This document shows, one piece after another, positions 36,378-45,670 of a DNA stretch of 64,000 nt. The number at the start of each line of letters is the position of its first letter. Position 1 is the stretch's first letter. The stretch is taken from assembly GCA_947258615.1 (NCBI GenBank), contig CAMYIX010000043.1, positions 1,825 to 65,824 on the forward strand, written 5' to 3'. The notes under the pieces were generated by a model, which ran no database searches, had not been told where the DNA came from, and saw only the letters and a list, made by a program, of their open reading frames with translations. Position numbers and translations under genes: made by a program. This DNA comes from an uncultured Ectothiorhodospiraceae bacterium. Lineage in GTDB: Bacteria; Pseudomonadota; Gammaproteobacteria; UBA9214.

Positions 36378-39300
36378 GCATGCCTGGTATCTTTTTCTGC
36401 CTCACTACCCTCTCGATACGTCACTATCTGTACGCACTTGTTACCGTGATCAGTTTAATGGTGCTTTCCATAGTCGCCTATATGAGCTGGCAGCACCATC
36501 TGTACAAGGAAAAGGAATATATTTCCAATCATTATCACCTGGAGACGGTTTTATTGGCCACCAGGGTCAAGGAAGATCTGCATGGCATTGAAGCGCACTA
36601 TGCCAAACACAGAACTCGCGATCAGGCTACGGGAGGCCATCCCGTGGATGATGGATACTACAATCAGACAATATATCGACTTCAAATAAACTTTGCCGAG
36701 ATAATGCGATTGTACGAGATGTTCCGTTTCGTGCATGTCGAACAGGATTCCTATATGCCCATCCTTGTCAAAGGAGAGGGGCAGCTGGAGCGTATTAGTC
36801 AAGGGCTGCTCGCGGCGGACACGATGGGCCACTCAATGAGCAGCCTGTCGGCCTTTGCGCTCAGCATGGAGCAACTCAGGCGACTGCACTCGATTGACCA
36901 TAAAGATATGTATGTGCTGTCGGAGAGGCAGCGTATTCAGAGTCTCAGGAACTTGTCTGTTATTGCTTTTTTCATGCTGGTACTTGGTTTCCCGATAGTA
37001 AGAAAGATATTAGCGCAGTACAGGATCATGGTAGACCGGGAGCAGCGGAGCGAAACGGAATTGCGTCAGAGTGAGAATCGTTTCAGGTCATTGGCCAGCT
37101 CCGCACCTGTCGGTATTTTCCGTAGCAGGATGGACGGTGCATGGATTTACGTTAACGAGCAATGTTCCGAATTGATCGGACTTTCGCGAGATGCCTGCCT
37201 GGGGCAGGGCTGGAAGCGGCAACTGCGCGCCGATTATATGGGTGCTGCCGAGGCATCCTGGCTGCATATGATCGATGGATGTCATTCCTTGTCGGATGAG
37301 TACGCCTTTATTCGTGAAAATGGTAATCCCGTGTGGGTGATATGCCAGGCAAGGCCGGAGAAGGATGCCGCAGGTAATGTCATCGGTTACATAGGGACCC
37401 TGACCGATGTGACTGCACGTATCCGGGCCGAGAATGAAGTCAGACAGCGCAAGATGGCAATGGAAACCATTTTCAATTCTCTCCCGGACATTTTTTTCCG
37501 CATGGGAAAAGACGGGACCATTCTCGATTACCAGGCGAAAAACGACTCGGACCTGTATGTCGAACCGGAATGCTTCATTGGTAAGCGGATGCAGGATGTG
37601 TTGCCTGCGGATGTAGGCCAACTGTTCATGGAACACATGGGCTTGATAGGCGGGCCGGGGGAGACCGCTGCCTTTGAGTATGAACTCATGGTCAACCAGG
37701 TGACCACCCCGTACGAGGCGCGACTGGTTTGTCTCGGTGAAACAGACGAGATAATCGCCCTGGTACGGGATATTTCCGATAGGCTGCGCGCGGATCAACA
37801 ATTGCAGCAGGCCGCCATTGTCTATGAAAATACGGTGGAAGGTATATTTATTGCAGACGGTAAAGGCATTGTTGTGAGCGTCAATCGTGCATTCACGGAT
37901 ATTACCGGTTACGGGGCCGATGAGGTCCTGGGGAAAGGCTCCGGAATACTGGATTCAGGGCGTCATGATTCCGAATTCTCCAAATCGATGTGGAGCCAGC
38001 TCGACGAACAGAGTCACTGGCAGGGGGAGATCTGGAGCCGGCGCAAGGGCGGTGAGTCATTCCCTGCCTGGCTCAGCATCAACAGTGTCCCGGATTCATC
38101 CGGAAAGCTCTGTAACTACGTGGCGATCTTCTCGGATATTACAGAAATGAGGCGATCGCAGGACGAGCTTGAACATCTGGCGCGTCATGACGTCCTCACC
38201 GATCTGCCCAACCGGCTTCTGTTCGAATCGCGCCTGGAGCATGCTATTCATCACGCCCATCGAAGTGGCGAGTTCCTGGCGGTGATGTTTCTTGATCTGG
38301 ATCGCTTCAAGATTGTCAATGACAGCCTTGGGCATGCGGCCGGTGATTCACTGTTGCAGCAGGTGGCCACCCGGTTGACTTCAGTGGTCAGAAAAGAGGA
38401 TACCGTCTCCAGGATGGGGGGTGACGAATTCACTTTCCTTCTGGAGGATGTCTCATCCCGGGGCGCTGCAAAGATTGCCGAGAAATGTATCCACGCCCTT
38501 AAACAGCCAGTTGAATTCGGGGACAGGGAGATCTACCTGTCTGGCAGCGTGGGTATCAGCCTTTTCCCTGAGGATGGCGAGGATGTCGACACCCTGGTCC
38601 GTAATGCGGATGCAGCCATGTACAAGGCAAAAGCTGCTGGCCGTGACAATTATCAGTTCTATACCAACGAGCTGACTGTCAATGCCCTGGAGCAGGTCTC
38701 GATGGAGGCCCAGCTGCGGCGCGCGCTTGAGCGCAATGAATTCCGTTTAGTATACCAGCCGCAAGTAGAGATGCCCTCGGGGAAACTCATTGGTGTCGAG
38801 GCATTGCTGCGTTGGGAGAGCCCCGAGTACGGTCTGGTTGGCCCCGACCGCTTTATCCCCCTGCTTGAGGATAGCGGATTGATCGTGCCGGTGGGTGAGT
38901 GGGTCCTCGAGACGGCTTGCAGGCAGGCAAGGGACTGGTTGGATATGGGTTGGACGGATTGCAACATGGCCGTCAATGTCGCAGGAGAGCAGATCACCCG
39001 CAGCGACATTGTCGGCCTGGTGCACCAGATCCTGGACCGTACAGGGCTCCCGGCGGAGCGTCTGGAACTTGAAATGACCGAGACATTCGCCATGTCCGAT
39101 CCGGAAAACACCATTGGCATCTTTCAGGAGCTTCGTGACCACGGTATTCGCATCGCCATCGACGATTTCGGGACAGGTTATTCATCACTTGCCTATCTCA
39201 AGCGCCTGCCGATCGACAGGCTCAAGATCGACCGGTCTTTTATCAGGGATATTCCGGGAGACGTCGACGATGAGGCCATTACCCAGGCCATTATCGCCCT

Positions 39301-39487
39301 GGGCCAGTCGCTGCGACTTGATGTGATCGCGGAGGGCGTCGAGACCGCGGACATGGTCGATTTTCTTGTCAGCCATGATTGCCATTATGGGCAGGGATTC
39401 TTTTTTGGAAAGCCGATGGCGGCCGTCGCCATCCAGGAACTGCTCGATCTGGACCTCGAGATCATCCGCAATGCGGCATCCAGCTAG
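36374..39487 (+). CDS. Membrane sensor diguanylate cyclase/phosphodiesterase (2 TM, periplasmic loop, PAS x3, GGDEF, EAL)
   Basis: The ATG overlaps the upstream stop by 4 nt. The motifs are intact: RMGGDEFTFLL, EALLRWE, ELEMTE, DDFGTGYSSLAYLKRLPIDRLKIDRSF, AEGVE. Confidence 0.9.
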   Translation: MSMPGIFFCLTTLSIRHYLYALVTVISLMVLSIVAYMSWQHHLYKEKEYISNHYHLETVLLATRVKEDLHGIEAHYAKHRTRDQATGGHPVDDGYYNQTIYRLQINFAEIMRLYEMFRFVHVEQDSYMPILVKGEGQLERISQGLLAADTMGHSMSSLSAFALSMEQLRRLHSIDHKDMYVLSERQRIQSLRNLSVIAFFMLVLGFPIVRKILAQYRIMVDREQRSETELRQSENRFRSLASSAPVGIFRSRMDGAWIYVNEQCSELIGLSRDACLGQGWKRQLRADYMGAAEASWLHMIDGCHSLSDEYAFIRENGNPVWVICQARPEKDAAGNVIGYIGTLTDVTARIRAENEVRQRKMAMETIFNSLPDIFFRMGKDGTILDYQAKNDSDLYVEPECFIGKRMQDVLPADVGQLFMEHMGLIGGPGETAAFEYELMVNQVTTPYEARLVCLGETDEIIALVRDISDRLRADQQLQQAAIVYENTVEGIFIADGKGIVVSVNRAFTDITGYGADEVLGKGSGILDSGRHDSEFSKSMWSQLDEQSHWQGEIWSRRKGGESFPAWLSINSVPDSSGKLCNYVAIFSDITEMRRSQDELEHLARHDVLTDLPNRLLFESRLEHAIHHAHRSGEFLAVMFLDLDRFKIVNDSLGHAAGDSLLQQVATRLTSVVRKEDTVSRMGGDEFTFLLEDVSSRGAAKIAEKCIHALKQPVEFGDREIYLSGSVGISLFPEDGEDVDTLVRNADAAMYKAKAAGRDNYQFYTNELTVNALEQVSMEAQLRRALERNEFRLVYQPQVEMPSGKLIGVEALLRWESPEYGLVGPDRFIPLLEDSGLIVPVGEWVLETACRQARDWLDMGWTDCNMAVNVAGEQITRSDIVGLVHQILDRTGLPAERLELEMTETFAMSDPENTIGIFQELRDHGIRIAIDDFGTGYSSLAYLKRLPIDRLKIDRSFIRDIPGDVDDEAITQAIIALGQSLRLDVIAEGVETADMVDFLVSHDCHYGQGFFFGKPMAAVAIQELLDLDLEIIRNAASS

Positions 39488-39619
39488 TAGCTGAAAACCC
39501 ACTGCCGGATACTCAAATCAATCAATCCGAGCGCAGGACAGCGCCTGTCGTGCTGTTTCTCGTAGACAGACGCGTGGGCGGCGGTTGTTCCGTTAATAGC
39601 CTGGGGGCCAATTGATCAT

Positions 39620-40846
39620 TTATGGATGATCGAGCCGGTAGTGCCGCAATAGCGCCCCGGTTGTGGTGGCCTGGGCGAACAGGGTGAACAGCACCACGCC
39701 GAAGGCAATCGACTGGATGGTCCACCAGTAGTCCAGGCTGGTCGGCAGCGCCAGCGCCAGCGCCAGGGTGACCGCGCCGCGCAGCCCGCCCCAGAACATG
39801 ACGACCTGGTAGGGTCGGGGAATCGGCTCGATTGCGGGGAGTCTGGAGATCAGCGGGACCAGCCCGAAGATGCCGATCGCGCGTGCCACGAGCACCCCGG
39901 CGATACCGATCAGCATGGCCAGCCAGCGTTCACTGAACATGTCCAGGGTGACGGTGACGCCCATCAGCAGGAATACCAGCGCATTGGCCACGTAGGCATT
40001 GAAGGCCCAAAGGGTCCGCACGAAGCCGTCATCCCGGGCGCCGTTGCCGGTGGATGAACGGCCCAGGATGAGGCCGGTCACCAGTACCGCCATCACCCCG
40101 GAGACATGGAGCCAGTACTCTGCCAGTACGAAGCCGAGGTAGGCCGCGATGACCGTTGCCAGCGCCCGGGTGATTTCATCCCCGAGCAGCCGGGTGATGC
40201 CGACGAAGGCCAGGCCGATGAGCGCACCGACCAGCGCCCCGCCGAAAAAGACTGCGCAGAACCGCAGGCCGGCGTCCGCAAGGGTCATGGCCCCGCCGGA
40301 GCTTGTGGCCAGTGCGATAATGACCCCGAACACGACAATGGCGGTGGCATCATTGAACAGGCTCTCGCCTTCCAGCAGCACCGTCAGGCGTTCCGGTGCG
40401 CCCATTTGCCTGAACAGGGCCACCACCGCGACCGGATCGGTGGCCGACAGCAGGGCTCCGGTCAGCAAGGCCGCAATCCAGGGGAAGCCCGTAGGATGGG
40501 CGATACCCGCATACACCAGCACGGCCGTAATCAGGGTCGACAGCAGCATCAGCGGGATGGCGAGGAACAGGATCGGCACCAGGTTCTTCAGCAGCAGGCG
40601 CACATCGATGGTATAGGCCGACTCGAAGATCAGCACCGGCAGGAACACGAAGAACACCAGGTCGTGGAAATTGCCGGCACGGACACCGGTGTCGATACCG
40701 GCCCCCACCAGGACCTCGGAGGCCACAAAGCCCGCAATCACCAGGGTCGCGGTGAACGGCAGGTGCAGGCGCCGGGCCAGCGGCTGGATGAGCAGCGCGA
40801 GCAGCAACAGTCCCGCGAGTAACAGGATGACGTGCCCGGTGTCCAT
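39620..40846 (-). CDS. Cation:proton antiporter (CPA1 / NhaP-type Na+/H+ exchanger)
   Basis: 408 aa and polytopic. Contains SATDPVAV and LEGESLFNDATAIV motifs. Confidence 0.85.
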   Translation of the reverse strand: MDTGHVILLLAGLLLLALLIQPLARRLHLPFTATLVIAGFVASEVLVGAGIDTGVRAGNFHDLVFFVFLPVLIFESAYTIDVRLLLKNLVPILFLAIPLMLLSTLITAVLVYAGIAHPTGFPWIAALLTGALLSATDPVAVVALFRQMGAPERLTVLLEGESLFNDATAIVVFGVIIALATSSGGAMTLADAGLRFCAVFFGGALVGALIGLAFVGITRLLGDEITRALATVIAAYLGFVLAEYWLHVSGVMAVLVTGLILGRSSTGNGARDDGFVRTLWAFNAYVANALVFLLMGVTVTLDMFSERWLAMLIGIAGVLVARAIGIFGLVPLISRLPAIEPIPRPYQVVMFWGGLRGAVTLALALALPTSLDYWWTIQSIAFGVVLFTLFAQATTTGALLRHYRLDHP

Positions 40847-40860
40847 AGGGTGCCAGCCGC

Positions 40861-42396
40861 TCAGCCAGTCTTGGCCGGCGGTGTGTCCGTCGGCACGCTG
40901 ATGTCCGGGTGCAACTCGTTCAGTGGAATGGACAGGCCGTTTCCGGTGACCACGCGGGCATGCATGCGGGACAGCTGGCGGGGCTCCCGGACACCGCAGG
41001 AATGCGCAATGATCCCCACTTCATAGACGATGTTGCGGGCGTAGCTGGCCACCCGCACGGCTTTGTGTTTCGGGTCGAGGCCCTTTTGCAGACCCTTGTC
41101 GTGGGTGGTGATCCCGGTCGGGCAGGTGTTCTTGTTGCACTGCAGCGCCTGGATGCAACCTAGCGAAAACATGAAACCGCGTGCCGAGGTGATGAAGTCC
41201 GCACCCAGGCACAGTGCCCAGGCGACATCGGCGGGTGTGATCAGCTTTCCGGAGGCGATTACCTTGATACGCTCCCGCAGGCCGTACTCGTTGAGCTTGT
41301 CGAGCAGCAGGGGCAGACTCTCGCGTAACGGCAGGCCGACGTCATCGATCAGCGGCATGGGCGCAGCCCCGGTGCCGCCATCGGCACTGTCCACGGTGAT
41401 GAAATCCGGCGCGCTTTCGTTGCCGCGCTCATTGATTTCCCCGAACAGCCCGTCCAGCCAGCCATAGGCGCCGATTACGGCCTTGAAGCCGACCGGTTTT
41501 CCGGTCACTTCGCGGATCCGCCGGATCATGTCGAGGAGGTCACTGTTCGAATTGATATCCGGATGGCGGTTGGGACTGATGGCATCATGTCCCGGTTGAA
41601 TGCCGCGTATGTGTGCGATCTCCTGAGTGACCTTGGCGCCCGGCAAGATGCCGCCCTTGCCGGGCTTGGCGCCCTGGCTGAGCTTGATCTCGAACATCCG
41701 GACTTGCGCGTGTGCGGCAGCCTCCCGGAGCTTGTCGTCATTCAGGTTGCCGGCCAGGTCGCGCACCCCGTTCTTGGCCGTGCCGATCTGGAAGACCAGG
41801 TCGCAGCCCCCGTCGAGGTGCCAGGGCGACAGCCCGCCCTCGCCGGTGTTCAGCCAGCAGCCCGCCATTTTGGCGCCGCGCGACAGTGCCAGTACCGCGG
41901 GTTTCGAGATGGCGCCGTAACTCATGCCGGAGATATTGAACAGGGAATCGGTGGTGTAGGGTTCCCGGCAATACGGCCCGATGGTGATGGGCTGGGTGGG
42001 GACGGCGTCCTCGCCCAGGGTAGGGTAGGGGCAGTTGACGAACAGCACGGTGCCGGCCGGACGCAGATCGCGGGTCGAGCCGAAGCCGACGGTGTTATCG
42101 ATGTTCTTGGCGGCCCGGTAGACCCAGGAACGCTGGGCGCGGTTAAAAGGCAGTTCCTCCCGGTCCATGGCAAAGAAATACTGCCGGAAGAATTCCCCCA
42201 GGCGCTCGAAGAAGTTGCGAAGGCGTCCGATGACCGGGTAATTGCGACGGATGGCATGTTTGGTCTGGGTGACGTCGAGGATGAAGACGACGATGACGGC
42301 CAGGACACCCAGGCCGACCACAAAGACAAACAGGGTCGCCATGATATTGAGCGCGGCCTGGATGTAGGAAGCCGTTTCCCCGGACATGAACTCCAT
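40861..42396 (-). CDS. FMN-binding glutamate synthase family protein (GltB central-domain-like, membrane anchored)
   Basis: An N-terminal TM helix is followed by HAIRRNYPVIGRLRNFFE...ISGMSYGAIS...IKLSQGAKPGKGGILPG...DGGTGAAP. Confidence 0.85.
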   Translation of the reverse strand: MEFMSGETASYIQAALNIMATLFVFVVGLGVLAVIVVFILDVTQTKHAIRRNYPVIGRLRNFFERLGEFFRQYFFAMDREELPFNRAQRSWVYRAAKNIDNTVGFGSTRDLRPAGTVLFVNCPYPTLGEDAVPTQPITIGPYCREPYTTDSLFNISGMSYGAISKPAVLALSRGAKMAGCWLNTGEGGLSPWHLDGGCDLVFQIGTAKNGVRDLAGNLNDDKLREAAAHAQVRMFEIKLSQGAKPGKGGILPGAKVTQEIAHIRGIQPGHDAISPNRHPDINSNSDLLDMIRRIREVTGKPVGFKAVIGAYGWLDGLFGEINERGNESAPDFITVDSADGGTGAAPMPLIDDVGLPLRESLPLLLDKLNEYGLRERIKVIASGKLITPADVAWALCLGADFITSARGFMFSLGCIQALQCNKNTCPTGITTHDKGLQKGLDPKHKAVRVASYARNIVYEVGIIAHSCGVREPRQLSRMHARVVTGNGLSIPLNELHPDISVPTDTPPAKTG

Positions 42397-42417
42397 GCGA
42401 CGCCCCCTTAAGGGAAT

Positions 42418-42565
42418 CCCTGATTAATTGATGTATAACGTCATTGCGAGCGTAGCGAAGCCATCTCTTGCAATCAGGGTCAACGAGTTACAGATTGCTT
42501 CGTCGCCGGCCGCTCCCGGTATGACCCAGGCCAGCCTCTCGACCGGTTCCCTGTCTCACCTTTCC
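42418..42565. repeat. Repeat family 2, copy 2
   Basis: cgtcattgcgagcgtagcgaagccatct...agattgcttcgtcgcc hairpin, followed by cccaggccagcctctcgaccggttccctgtctcacct, which it shares with 6286-6330. Confidence 0.6.
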
Positions 42566-42629
42566 CTTGTAGATCGTGCTCCTCGCGATGGCGAATTCAT
42601 CCGATCATACCTGGACAATAACCGGCTTT

Positions 42630-43238
42630 TCAGCAGCGCTCCTGGTTGCGCCAGCGCCGTGCGATCCAGTAGTCGGCACTGAAGTACCTGCCGGCACCAA
42701 GGTAGAGTAGCGCCAGCAGCATGATGAAATAGGTGGCGGCAAATTCGATACCGTTTTTCAGAATGGTGATGCCCCCGGTCTCGGTCAACCAGCTGTAGTT
42801 ACCATGTTCCCTGAGCAGACTCCTGGCAGCCTCCCGGCGCGTGTTGGCCTCCTCGATGAGGTCGGTTCGCCATTCCCAGGGGACAGTGAGGTCGGTCTCG
42901 GGCAGGACATGCCAGCCGTTATCCCAGTGTGCGGTCGTGGCGGCGACTAGCATGGTAAACATCAGGGGGATGACCGCCCAGCGGACTGCCAGTCCGGCCA
43001 GCAGTGCAATACCGCCCAGTAGCTCTGTCAGGGCGGCAACATAGACCATGAGCTCCGGTGCCGGGATGCCCAGCGACTCGAAATAGGGGCCGAGGTGTTC
43101 CGCATGTTTCAGCTTGTTACTGCCCGCCAGAATAAAGATCGGGGCCAGGAATAATCGCAGTGCCAGCGGGGCCAGAAAGTCCAGCGGGCGGATGACGCGT
43201 TCCAGCAGGCTCTGCAGGCAGTTCATGAATCCGATCAT
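42630..43238 (-). CDS. DoxX-family membrane protein, last gene of the MNIO cluster (HvfX/bufferin-operon DoxX-like)
   Basis: 202 aa. LALRLFLAPIFILAGSNKL...LTELLGGIALLAGLAVRW, with 4 TM helices. Confidence 0.8.
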   Translation of the reverse strand: MIGFMNCLQSLLERVIRPLDFLAPLALRLFLAPIFILAGSNKLKHAEHLGPYFESLGIPAPELMVYVAALTELLGGIALLAGLAVRWAVIPLMFTMLVAATTAHWDNGWHVLPETDLTVPWEWRTDLIEEANTRREAARSLLREHGNYSWLTETGGITILKNGIEFAATYFIMLLALLYLGAGRYFSADYWIARRWRNQERC

Positions 43239-43289
43239 GGCTGTTCTCCCGGTTGTGGTTTTTTGTTGGTGCAGCGTCCGGTAGCCGGA

Positions 43290-44078
43290 TCAATGCCGTC
43301 TGGTGCCGGGGATGATGTCCTTCTCATGCAAGCCCCTGAAGATTGCCCGGCCACCCTCGACGACGACTTCGGGTTGCGGATGCGATAGCTCCCGGGCAAT
43401 GATCAGCAACAGTTCTTCGCCCGTGGCCCCGGGCTCCGATTCGACCAGTTCCAGCAACCGACGGGTGACCGGGTTGATCTCGATAAAGCCGACCTCGTCC
43501 CGGCGGTCGCGGTACACGACCAGGTAGGTCGGGGTATCCCCCGGCGCGTCCGGCCGGAAGTCGGGGCCGATGCGATGGACGGGATAGCGGTAGGCGAGAT
43601 GCCAAGCCAGCGGAGACAGCATCGGGCTACCCGTCATCAGATCACCCTCGGGGTCGAACTGTTCCGGGTCGAGCCGTTCATCCGCCACGGAGAGGGCCAG
43701 TTCCACCCACTCGTAGTGTGCCAGCTCCTGCAGGAAGGGCGGGTCCTCCGGGTGTTCGCTGCGCTCATGCTCCAGGTAGTTGAGGAATTCGCGCGGCATC
43801 TCCAGGAACAGCGGTGTATGTGCGCGGTGCCGGTTGAAGTAGTCCCTGATCAGGGCATGCCAGGCTGCATCATCCAGGATCCTGCGCAGGACCGGGAAGG
43901 TGCCGGACATGAAGCCCTCGACATTGTTGTAGAACAGCTCACGATAGATGCCCATGCGCCGGTCTTCGATATCTGCCGGTGCGGACCGGTGCTCCGGATC
44001 GCGTATATGGGCAGCGAATTCATACTGCCTGCGGACAAAATCCGGGAGTTCAGTTCTGGAGTGCGATGCCATGGCCAC
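43290..44078 (-). CDS. DUF2063-type partner protein of the MNIO (HvfC/BufC/MbnC-role-like)
   Basis: 262 aa. Its start overlaps the 3' end of the DUF692 gene by 29 nt. The assignment rests on position and a general resemblance to DUF2063 N-terminal sequences. Confidence 0.7.
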   Translation of the reverse strand: MAMASHSRTELPDFVRRQYEFAAHIRDPEHRSAPADIEDRRMGIYRELFYNNVEGFMSGTFPVLRRILDDAAWHALIRDYFNRHRAHTPLFLEMPREFLNYLEHERSEHPEDPPFLQELAHYEWVELALSVADERLDPEQFDPEGDLMTGSPMLSPLAWHLAYRYPVHRIGPDFRPDAPGDTPTYLVVYRDRRDEVGFIEINPVTRRLLELVESEPGATGEELLLIIARELSHPQPEVVVEGGRAIFRGLHEKDIIPGTRRH

Positions 44079-44910
44079 AGGCCGCCTTCCATTTGTTCTG
44101 CAATGCCTTGATGTGACTCATCTCGGCGAGCAGTTCCGGGAGCGGCGGGATATTGAAGTCGCGTTCCAGCAGGGTGGGAACCACGCCGAAATGTTCGTAG
44201 GCGGTTTCCAGCAGGTCCCAGACCGGGTCGATGACCGGGGCGCCGTGGGTGTCCACCTTGAGGTCGTCGGCCTCGTCGTAGTGTCCGGCCATGTGAAAAT
44301 AGACGACGCGCCCGGCGGGTAATGCCTTGAGAAACCGTTCTGCGTCATAGCGATGGTTGATGCTGTTGACGTAGATGTTGTTCACGTCCAGCAGCAGGTC
44401 ACAGTCGGCCTCGGACAGGACGGCGTTGATGAAGTCGATCTCGTCCATCTCCTTGCCCGGGGCCGCGTAGTAGGAAACATTCTCCATGGCGATGCGCCGT
44501 TCCAGGATGTCCTGAACGCGCCGGATGCGGCCGGCGACATAATGGACGGCCTCTTCGGTAAACGGGATGGGCAGCAGATCGTAGAGATGACCATCGTCGC
44601 TGCAGTAACTCAGGTGTTCGGTGTAAAAGCGGATATTGTGTTCATCGAGAAAGCGCTTGACCCTGAACAGGAAGGTCTCGTCCAGGGGGGCGGGGCTGCC
44701 GATGGACAGGGACAGTCCGTGCGCCACAAACGGGTAGCGTTCGGTAAACCAGCTGAAGTCCTTGCCCGGCTTGCCGCCGACGCCGATCCAGTTTTCCGGG
44801 GCCACCTCGAAGAAATCGACCGCATCCGGCGGGTTGTCCCGCAGCGGACCCATCAGGGTCCGCCGCAGTCCAAGTCCCGCCCCGGCGACCGGGTAGTGTG
44901 TTGCAGTCAC
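44050..44910 (-). CDS. DUF692 / UPF0276 multinuclear non-heme iron oxidase (MNIO; MbnB/HvfB/BufB-like)
   Basis: GLGLRR...FFEVAPENW...HGLSLSIG...YTEHLSY...ENVSYY...[14 protein letters not shown]...FHMAGH...VDTHG, 286 aa. Confidence 0.9.
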   Translation of the reverse strand: MTATHYPVAGAGLGLRRTLMGPLRDNPPDAVDFFEVAPENWIGVGGKPGKDFSWFTERYPFVAHGLSLSIGSPAPLDETFLFRVKRFLDEHNIRFYTEHLSYCSDDGHLYDLLPIPFTEEAVHYVAGRIRRVQDILERRIAMENVSYYAAPGKEMDEIDFINAVLSEADCDLLLDVNNIYVNSINHRYDAERFLKALPAGRVVYFHMAGHYDEADDLKVDTHGAPVIDPVWDLLETAYEHFGVVPTLLERDFNIPPLPELLAEMSHIKALQNKWKAACGHGIALQN

Positions 44911-44928
44911 GGTTGCTAGGGGCGACGC

Positions 44929-45465
44929 TTACTTGTTAGCGCCGCACTTGCCTTCGCCGCACTTGCCTTCCATCATGCCCTTGGCCTTGTCGACCGCCTT
45001 GGCGCCGCCGCATTTGCCTTCACCGCACTTGCCTTCCTTCATTTTCATTTCGCTGGCATCGATTACGCCATCCGCATTCTTGTCCTTCTTGCTGAACATG
45101 GACTCGTGGGCTGACATGAACTCGTCCTTGGTGACCTTGCCATCGCCATCGGCGTCCATGCTCTTCATGCCGCATTTGCCCTCGCCACACTTGCCTTCCA
45201 TGGTGGCCTTGGCCGTGCCGCCGCACTTGCCTTCACCGCACTTGCCTTCACCGCACTTGCCTTCCTTGGTGGCCTTGGTTGCACCACCGCATTTACCTTC
45301 ACCGCACTTGCCCTCCGCCATACCGGCGACCATGTAGCCGCTGGAAAGCTCGGTCATGGCGAACGGATTCTCAGCGGCGGTGGCCGTGTTGATGCTCGCC
45401 AGCGAGGTCACGATGGCCGTACTCACAGCGATCGCCAGGGGTTTGATTACAGTTTTATCTGACAT
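44929..45465 (-). CDS. Secreted Cys-repeat protein: 11 x (E)GKCG motifs flanking a paired EF-hand (predicted MNIO substrate)
   Basis: GGAGAG RBS before ATG at 45465. A signal peptide ends INTATAA, then ENPFAMTELSSGYMVA. The EGKCG blocks follow. The EF-hand loops are DADGDGKVTKDE and DKNADGVIDASE. Confidence 0.85.
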   Translation of the reverse strand: MSDKTVIKPLAIAVSTAIVTSLASINTATAAENPFAMTELSSGYMVAGMAEGKCGEGKCGGATKATKEGKCGEGKCGEGKCGGTAKATMEGKCGEGKCGMKSMDADGDGKVTKDEFMSAHESMFSKKDKNADGVIDASEMKMKEGKCGEGKCGGAKAVDKAKGMMEGKCGEGKCGANK

Positions 45466-45530
45466 TAGATCTCTCCACACAGGTTTTTAGGAAATGGGGT
45501 CATTGCCCCGGTTGTAATGATTGTCTTTTG

Positions 45531-45550
45531 CATCAATGCGGTGATTGATG
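45531..45550. promoter_or_regulatory. Perfect palindrome CATCAAT-N6-ATTGATG upstream of the Cys-repeat gene (candidate operator)
   Basis: catcaatgcggtgattgatg lies 66-85 nt upstream of the ATG at 45465, in a 205-nt AT-rich intergenic region. Confidence 0.3.
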
Positions 45551-45670
45551 GAGTTTACGACATTGACTTGATTGAAAAGTTTCTCGGCCTCACGGATTTC
45601 TCAAATCCCCGGGCTTCTAGATAATATATTTATTAATCAACTGGTTATAGTGTAAATTGGGGTGCCACGA

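Noticed and set aside
44933-45337. Plus-strand 134-aa ORF (PHLPSPHLPS repeats)
   Set aside because: It is the mirror image of the EGKCG repeat gene. It has no start context or signal, and the minus-strand frame has an RBS, a signal peptide and EF-hand motifs.
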